From: Macrostomum lignano
Lineage: Eukaryota
Assembly: GCA_002269645.1 (NCBI GenBank)
Contig: NIVC01001611.1
Span: 196,026-260,025 of the forward strand
Length of the DNA: 64,000 bases
Reading direction: 5' to 3'
Part shown: piece by piece, positions 50,755 to 64,000 of the stretch
Position numbering within the stretch: the first letter of the stretch is position 1
How the letters are laid out: every line of letters begins with the position of its first letter
The notes under the pieces: generated by a model
The model's database searches: none
Told to the model about the DNA's origin: nothing
Seen by the model: the letters and a program-made list of their open reading frames with translations, nothing else
Position numbers and translations under genes: made by a program

Positions 50755-52185
50755 GTTACTGAAGAATCTGAGGGAGCCAAGATGACTTAATAATGAGGGA
50801 GCCATGACAACTGAAGAATCTGAGAGGGAGCCATGACAACTGAAGAATCTGAGTGAGAGCCATGACAACTGAAGAATCTGAGAGGGAGCCATGACAACTG
50901 AAGAATCTGAGTGAGAGCCATGACAACTGAAGAATCTGAGAGAGAGCCATGACAACTGAAGAATCTGAGTGAGAGCCATGACAACTGAAGAATCTGAGTG
51001 ACAGCCATGACAACTGAAGAATCTGAGAGAGAGCCATGACAACTGAAGAATCTGAGTGAGAGCCATGACAACTGAAGAATCTGAGTGACAGCCATGACAA
51101 CTGAAGAATCTGAGAGAGAGAGCCATGACAACTGAAGAATCTGAGTGAGAGCCATGAGAACTGAAGAATCTGAGGGAGAGCCATGACAACTGAAGAATCT
51201 GAGTGAGAGCCATGAGAACTGAAGAATCTGAGAGAGAGCCATGACAACTGAAGAATCTGAGTGAGAGCCATGAGAACTGAAGAATCTGAGAGAGAGCCAT
51301 GACAACTGAAGAATCTGAGTGAGAGCCATGAGAACTGAAGAATCTGAGAGAGAGCCATGACAACTGAAGAATCTGGGCGAGAGCCATGACAACTGAAGAA
51401 TCTGAGGGAGAGCCATGACAACTGAAGAATCTGAGGGAGAGCCATGACAACTGAAGAATCTGAGTGACAGCCATGACAACTGAAGAATCTGGGCGAGAGC
51501 CATGACAACTGAAGAATCTGAGTGAGAGCCATGACAACTGAAGAATCTGGGCGAGAGCCATGACAACTGAAGAATCTGAGGGAGAGCCATGACAACTGAA
51601 GAATCTGAGAGAGAGCCTTGATAACTGAAGAATCTGAGGGAGCCATGACAACTGAAGAATCTGAGAGAGAGCCTTGATAACTGAAGAATCTGAGGGAGCC
51701 ATGACAACTGAAGAATCTGGGCGAGAGCCATGAGAACTGAAGAATCTGAGTGAGAGCCATGAGAACTGAAGAATCTGAGAGAGAGAGAGAGCCATGACAA
51801 CTGAAGAATCTGAGGGAGAGCCATGACAACTGAAGAATCTGGGCGAGAGCCATGACAACTGAAGAATCTGAGGGAGAGCCATGACAACTGAAGAATCTGA
51901 GAGAGAGCCTTGATAACTGAAGAATCTGAGGGAGCCATGACAACTGAAGAATCTGAGAGAGAGCCTTGATAACTGAAGAATCTGAGGGAGCCATGACAAC
52001 TGAAGAATCTGAGAGAGAGCCTTGATAACTGAAGAATCTGAGGGAGCCATGACAACTGAAGAATCTGAGAGAGAGCCTTGATAACTGAAGAATCTGAGGG
52101 AGCCATGACAACTGAAGAATCTGGGCGAGAGCCATGACAACTGAAGAATCTGAGTGAGAGCCTTGATAACTGAAGAATCTGAGAG
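50755..52185. repeat. ~29-bp minisatellite (GAGCCATGACAACTGAAGAATCTGAGTGA) just downstream of the DCAF6 stop
   Basis: About 50 units. Confidence 0.96.
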
Positions 52186-52201
52186 TAAAACAGCTGACTA
52201 A

Positions 52202-55200
52202 TCAACTCGGCAACAGGCCAGCCTCGAGAAGGCCCGCAGGCGGTGGGACCGCCATATTTGGCATTGCGGCCACCCTGGCGCTGAGCAGATCTGAGCAGCC
52301 AAGCATTTGCTGGTTCCTTCTGGCCAGCTCTGTGGCATAAGCCAGATCCGACTGATCTCGCTGTCCAGCATCCTCGCCATGCTGCATCGGGGACCAGATT
52401 TTCACATCGCGCTCCATGCCGCTGGTTGCTAGGCACAATAATTGAGGATGCGCGGCAACCCTGTTCACCAGGCATTGGTCCGCTTGTCGAGCAGCAATCA
52501 AGCTTGAGTCGGAGATTCGCCAGACCATCAGATGGCCGCAGTCGCTGCCAGATAAAATGTGCTCGGAGCCCCAGAACGTGGCTTGTTGAATGCAGGTTCG
52601 AGAGTTTCTGTGACCGCGATACTCTCTGAGCAGGGCATAGCCAGCTGGACTTGACGAGCTGAAAATGATGCACATTTTTACTGCTAGATAGAATCAGAGT
52701 TTTGCGTACGAGTCACTGAATGATCAGAAAAATGAGTCACTGAATGATCAGAGGATATGAGTCACTGAATGATCAGAGGATATGAGTCACTGAATGATCA
52801 GAGGGATATGAGACACTGAATGATCAGAGGATATGAGTCACTGAATGATCAGAGGATATGAGTCACTGAATGATCAGAGGGATATGAGACACTGAATGAT
52901 CAGAGGGATATGAGTCACTGAATGATCAGAGGGATATGAGACACTGAATGATCAGAGGGATATGAGTCACTGAATGATCAGAGGGATATGAGTCACTGAA
53001 TGATCAGAGGGATATGAGTCACTGAATGATCAGAGGGATATGAGACACTGAATGATCAGAGGGATATGAGACACTGAATGATCAGAGGGATATGAGTCAC
53101 TGAATGATCAGAGGATATGAGTCACTGAATGATCAGAGGATATGAGTCACTGAATGATCAGAGGGATATGAGTCACTGAATGATCAGAGGATATGAGTCA
53201 CTGAATGATCAGAGGATATGAGTCACTGAATGATCAGAGGGATATGAGTCACTGAATGATCAGAGGATATGAGTCACTGAATGATCAGAGGATATGAGTC
53301 ACTGAATGATCAGAGGATATGAGTCACTGAATGATCAGAGGATATGAGTCACTGAATGATCAGAGGGATATGAGTCACTGAATGATCAGAGGGATATGAG
53401 TCACTGAATGATCAGAGGGATATGAGACACTGAATGATCAGAGGGATATGAGTCACTGAATGATCAGAGGGATATGAGTCACTGAATGATCAGAGGATAT
53501 GAGTCACGGAATGATCAAAGGGATATGAGACACTGAATGATCAGAGGGATATGAGTCACTGAATGATCAGAGAGATATGAGACACTGAATGATCAGAGGG
53601 ATATGAGTCACTGAATGATCAGAGGGATATGAGCCACTGAATGATCAGAGGGATATGAGTCACTGAATGATCAGAGGGATATGAGTCACTGAATGATCAG
53701 AGGGATATGAGACACTGAATGATCAGAGGGATATGAGACACTGAATGATCAGAGGGATATGAGACACTGAATGATCAGAGGGATATGAGTCACTGAATGA
53801 TCAGAGGGATATGAGTCACTGAATGATCAGAGGGATATGAGTCACTGAATGATCAGAGGATATGAGTCACTGAATGATCAGAGGGATATGAGACACTGAA
53901 TGATCAGAGGGATATGAGACACTGAATGATCAGAGGGATATGAGTCACTGAATGATCAGAGGGATATGAGTCACTGAATGATCAGAGGGATATGAGTCAC
54001 TGAATGATCAGAGGGATATGAGACACTGAATGATCAGAGGGATATGAGTCACTGAATGATCAGAGGGATATGAGTCACTGAATGATCAGAGGGATATGAG
54101 ACACTGAATGATCAGAGGGATATGAGACACTGAATGATCAGAGGGATATGAGTCACTGAATCATAAAGTCAGTAAAAATTATCACATTAATAAGCCATGG
54201 AATAAGTCGCTAAACCATCGGTAGAAGCTCAGACTAAAAGCTAAAAGAACAGAACCAACCTGCAGGCTATCTCAGCGTCTTTGCTTGACCCGGCCGCCAC
54301 GTCGAACAGGCAAATGGAGCCGCCAGCATAAGAGGCCAACAGTCTATGGCCAGAATGGTCAAATTCTAAGCTGCTAATTCGGCAATTACTGCCAGCTGAT
54401 TTCTGAGCAGTCCTGCTCAGCCAGACCGGCTCAGCTGAGGGCAGGCGGCGACGATCGAATTCCAAAATTTCTCCGTCCCGTGTGGCAACAAAGAGGCGAC
54501 GTCCGGCGCTGATTGGATGAAGAGCGGCGGCTGTGTAGCCAGAGGGGCTGTATTGCGAAGTGAGTTTGGGCAATTGGTTTTTAGGCTCTTTAGTTGAAAC
54601 TTTTTTTCGATCAATTTTTTGGTTAATGAATGACCCGAAGGTTTATCAGGGCACCCCTGATATAAATTGAATAAGATTCAAATAAATTGCTATGTGCGCA
54701 CACATACACCAAGGACCACTATAATATAACAGGAAGTAAAACTCTAAGATCGTACAATCTTTGAGGCCGATTTCTTGGAAAAAATACACTGCGGAGATAG
54801 GGAAAAATAGACGAAGATCGTTATTCTAATTTAGCATGCACAGCATGTTAATCTGCTGTATCTTATATAGCTGTGTAGTGAAAGTTTCATTATTATATTA
54901 ATATTCTTTTTATTGATAGATTTATGTCTCTGCCCCCCCCCTGACGTGAATCCTGGCTATGCGCCTGATTGCACTTGCACTTGCGAGTATTTAAAATTTT
55001 GGGCCAATAAAATATAACAGAATAACATGTTGTGTATGCTTAATTAAAATAATAGTAATCTTCACAGCCCCAGATCAAATGCGATAATTTATTTTGGAAT
55101 GAAAAATGACTAGCAATTAACGGCCCCGGTGGAGACGCGACGAGAATGAAATAAAAAATGTTGAATAAACTGCATGCGGCATCTGACCTCTGATCCTTGA

Positions 55201-56537
55201 CGTCTCAGCCATTCCCCCGTAAGTCTTGATATCTCAGCAATTCCCCCGTAAGTCTTGATATCTCAGCAATTCCCCCGTAAGTCTTGATATCTCAGCAATT
55301 TCCCCATAAAGCCTTGACATCTCATCAATTTCCCCGTAAAGCCTTGACATCTCAGCAATTCCCCAAGTCAGTCTTGAATTCTCAGCAATTCCCCTGTAAG
55401 CCGTAAACATACGCACTCACACTGATGTGTGAAAAAACTTTGTGTTAAAAACTCTGAATAAAAATAATAAATTGCTTCGCTCCCAGACTCAACTAGCTCA
55501 GGAAATACTATACGAGTATTAAAGCAGAAAAATGCTCAAACCTGCAGTGCTGATTGCCAAGCAGCAGCGAACAGCCGCAGTGCGCCTCTCTGACATCAAA
55601 CTGCCTGATGGTGCCGTCGCCGCTGACGCTAAAGAACACTCCGGCCTCCCACTGGCTGGTGACCAGATCGAACACGGCCGAGAGGTGGCTGGCAAACGAG
55701 CGAGCAACTTCGAGGCCATCGGCGACGCCTAAGTCTATTAGGCTGACTCGGCCATTGCCAGCCGCTGATGCCACCTTCTGATCGTCTGTGTGGGGCAGGA
55801 ACTTTGCGCTAAATATGTTCGCCTGGTGGCCGGAGAAGATTGTCTCGCCTTTTGGCTGCAATGGGTTCATGTTTTAATTTGGTTGGTAAATTTAAATCAA
55901 GTTAAGTATTCATTAAAATTAGTAAATATATATATTCCCACTCAGGCCATTAGAAAAATTACCTCTGAGTGAAATGGTGTTGAGATCACTAGATTTCGAT
56001 CATCAGATCCAGTGAGCAATTGCTGGCCTGTGGAGCTCCAGCAAACAGAATTGACCTAAATTAAAATTGGTATAAGTTAGATTGAAATAGTTAGACACAG
56101 TTGGTTTTTAAAATATATAACAATAGATAAGAGAAATATTTATATATTGAGCTTATAGATTTAGATGTAACAGCTTTACTTACAGGTCCTCTGTGAACAT
56201 TAAGCTTTTTTTCCAAAGATAGTTTTCCAACCGTCCATTCAAGATCTAAAAATTGCAAAAATTTAAATTTTTATAGCTACATCACATGTAAATATACATT
56301 GCAATTGAAAATTGTAATGAATGAAATAGTTTTGAAAGCTTAACTTCTTAAATATGTTAAGAATAAAAACCTCTTTAAGACTAAAGAGAAAATTTTATCT
56401 AAAAAACAACTTTTTACAGCAGTAACAGCCTCTGCAGACACAATACCTTTATGCAAACGCCAGGAGAAGTCACTTCGAACAAGAGTTCGATTAAGTTGTG
56501 CGCCACGTCCATTGAAATATACTGGACCAAAATTCAT
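52202..56537 (-). CDS. DCAF6: DDB1-CUL4 associated factor 6-like WD40 protein, ~434 aa
   Basis: complement join(52202..52658,54260..54547,55542..55855,55963..56055,56184..56245,56447..56537); 1305 nt, phases consistent. Motifs LEKKLNVH.G.VNSVCW..TG..LLTGSDD..LVIS, SGHQANIFSAKFLP, YRGHRNSRT.I..ATFWG...LSGSDCGH, LATSG...DVKIWSP match DCAF6. The first exon is the least certain. Confidence 0.88.
52712..54162. repeat. 25-26-bp minisatellite (ATGAGTCACTGAATGATCAGAGGGAT), DCAF6 intron
   Basis: About 56 units; most contain TGAGTCA and the rest TGAGACA. Confidence 0.97.
55200..55400. repeat. ~30-bp minisatellite (TCTCAGCAATTCCCCCGTAAGTCTTGATA)
   Basis: About 6-7 units. Confidence 0.85.
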
Positions 56538-57767
56538 TTCCAAAAAGATGCTTTATACTTATTTAGATTCGCCTCGCTTACCAATATTTTTATATTAAAG
56601 TGGAACAAATTCAACTGTACATGCAAAGAAAATTGTAATGCAATAAATAAATGTAAACAGTTTATCGTTATTTCGTGGAAAAAAACTATCTTTAAAAATG
56701 TAAACTTATCGAAAACTAAGAAGATTTTACTATGAACCAAAAATCTAGCAGCAGTAGAATATTAAAACTCTAATTATAACAATTTTTAATTAAATCGAGC
56801 AAGCTACCCAAAAAATTTAATAAAACTTACCATTTTGTTAATTTTTTGAAGCAAGTAAATCAAAAGTTTGAGGTCTCAAAAACAATATTTTCCGCGAACA
56901 GATTATGAATGAATCCAACTGAATGGAAGCCTACGCTCTATTACTACACTACGGTCGTTTTCGTTCTTAACATTACCTGCGGGCTGCGCAGTTGGCGGAA
57001 CTGAAGCAGCTGTTTATCATATTTACTATCGAATAATGAGTAGGGACAGGGTCTATTTGCTAAGTGATATGATTTCAATAAAGTTTGAAGACATACTATA
57101 CTAACATACATACCAAGGCCTAGGGGACATTATGGCTTATGCATAATACATTAATATGTTCTAATTTATTTTTATTATTCATTCATTATAAAAAGCATAA
57201 TGGTCTATAGCATACGAGCCTAATTGTAATTATATTCATATTCATGTGAGAACATTTATAATCTTAAATAGTGTGTATTCACAATTCTTGTGAATATTGC
57301 AAATGAATGCCATTTCTACTTTTGATTATAATGCCAATAGACATCAGACAATAGACAATAGATATATGCTTTGCTCATGCCTTGTTAATATCAAGCTTTA
57401 AAAATGAAATAGTTTTATAATCTAATCCAGCAACTTAAATTGAATATAGTTCTAATCTTTTTTCTTTATTCTTTGCCTTCAACTTTAAGCAGTTCAATTT
57501 GTTCTATTATCACTTTTTATCAGTCATATTATAATAATAATATATTTAGGGAATCAGGCTATGAGGAATAAATAATATATCATTGAGTATTTATTTATTT
57601 TAAATTTAAATAATTAATTATATAATTATTGTCAAGGTTTTTAATTATACAGAATTGTAGCTTTGTTTTTTATTCAAATTTTTCTAATATATATAAAAAC
57701 TCAATGTTAGGTAGGCTTGATACTTTTAATAGTTTAGTTAAAACTTCTTTTTGTTCTTTTATTGCAG

Positions 57768-62962
<5,195 letters not shown>

Positions 62963-62985
62963 GTGGGCGGCACATTTCATTAATG

Positions 62986-63905
62986 TGTGTATTGGCTAGA
63001 TTAGCAATCGATTACATTCCTTCAGCAGTGTGTATTGGCTAGATTAGCAATCGATTACATTCCTTCAGCAGTGTGTATTGGCTAGATTAGCAATCGATTA
63101 CATTCCTTCAGCAGTGTGTATTGGCTAGATTAGCAATCCATTCTATTCCTGCATCAGTGTGTATTGGCTAGATTAGCAATCCATTCTATTCCTGCATCAG
63201 TGTGTATTGGCTAGATTAGCAATTCATTCTATTCCTTCATCAGTGTGTATTGGCTAGATTAGCAATCCATTCTATTCCTTCATCAGTGTGTATTGGCTAG
63301 ATTAGCAATCCATTCTATTCCTGCATCAGTGTGTATTGGCTAGATTAGCGTCCATTCTATCCTGCATCAGTGTGTATTGGCTAGATTAGCAATCCATTCT
63401 ATTCCTTCATCAGTGTATATTGCTAGATTAGCAATCCATTCTATTCCTGCATCAGTGTGTATTGGCTGGATTAGCAGTCCATTCTATCCTGCATCAGTGT
63501 GTATTGGCTAGATTAGCAATCCATTCTATTCCTTCATCAGTGTATATTTGACTAGATTAGCAATCCATTCATTCCTGCATCAGTGTGTATTGGCTGGATT
63601 AGCAGTCCATTCTATTCCTGCATCAGTGTGTATTGCTAGATTAGCAATCCATTCTATTCCTTCATCAGTGTATATTGGCTAGATTAGCAACCCATTCTAT
63701 TCCTTCATCAGTGTATATTGGCTAGGTTAGCAATCCATTCTATTCCTGCATCAGTGTATATTGGCTAGGTTAGCAATCCATTCTATCCCTGCATCAGTGT
63801 GTATTGGCTGGATTAGCAATCCATTCTATCCTGCATCAGTGTGTATTGGCTAGATTAGCAATCCATTCTATTCTTCATCAGTGTGTATTGGCTAGAATTA
63901 GCAAT
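62986..63905. repeat. 43-bp minisatellite (AGTGTGTATTGGCTAGATTAGCAATCCATTCTATTCCTGCATC), DUSP intron
   Basis: About 21 units starting ~25 nt after the splice donor. Confidence 0.95.
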
Positions 63906-64000
63906 CCAGTCCACTTATAAAATCAGACTCGTTATAAAGTAAACAATTTTTTTCAGATAGATAAGGTCTCATTTTTGGTGCGAAAGATTTTTTTAAATAC

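Noticed and set aside
50698-52673. 459-628 aa ORFs, and similar ones at 5964-6828, 16723-17229, 18673-19287, 27026-28484, 33765-34631, 37391-38209
   Set aside because: All are minisatellite translations, open in several frames, with no domain content.
52712-54162. CRISPR-like appearance of regular 25-45 bp arrays
   Set aside because: Units are head-to-tail with no unique spacers, no cas genes, and the context is spliceosomal and eukaryotic.
56824-56835. AAAATG|gtaagt (minus strand) as the DCAF6 start exon
   Set aside because: No phase-0 acceptor in the DCAF6 frame downstream; it would yield only a short out-of-frame uORF.

Overview
Eukaryotic (metazoan) genomic DNA with GC-rich exons and AT-rich introns, most long ones carrying their own mini- or microsatellite. 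The style suggests a free-living flatworm such as Macrostomum; this is inference and the species is not proven. I reconstructed seven spliced or single-exon genes by hand, checking splice sites and phases, plus one gene that runs off the window end. In order: NOC2L (+, ~2.6-5.8 kb); TMEM39 (-, 7.1-13.7 kb); a LOTUS-only protein (-, 17.2-17.7 kb); a LOTUS+Tudor TDRD5/7-type protein (-, 19.3-21.3 kb); a complete myosin VI (-, 23.4-40.0 kb, 12 exons plus a candidate 30-nt micro-exon); an intronless secreted 8-Cys protein of unknown family (-, 48.0-48.3 kb); a compact DCAF6-like WD40 protein (-, 52.2-56.5 kb); and the 5' part of a DUSP8/16-type MAPK phosphatase (+, from 57.8 kb). The window also holds about 35 tandem-repeat arrays, an RTE-type LINE fragment, several MITEs, a tRNA-derived SINE head and a 1.28-kb unclassified insertion with a 12-bp TSD. 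The most interesting leads are the tandem eLOTUS gene pair, first exons that lack only the initiator Met (possibly supplied by a spliced leader), the orphan secreted cysteine-rich protein, an AP-1-site minisatellite near the JNK-type phosphatase, and myosin VI features (Gly at the TEDS site, micro-exon at the small-insert position). Most long ORFs in the supplied track are repeat artefacts.
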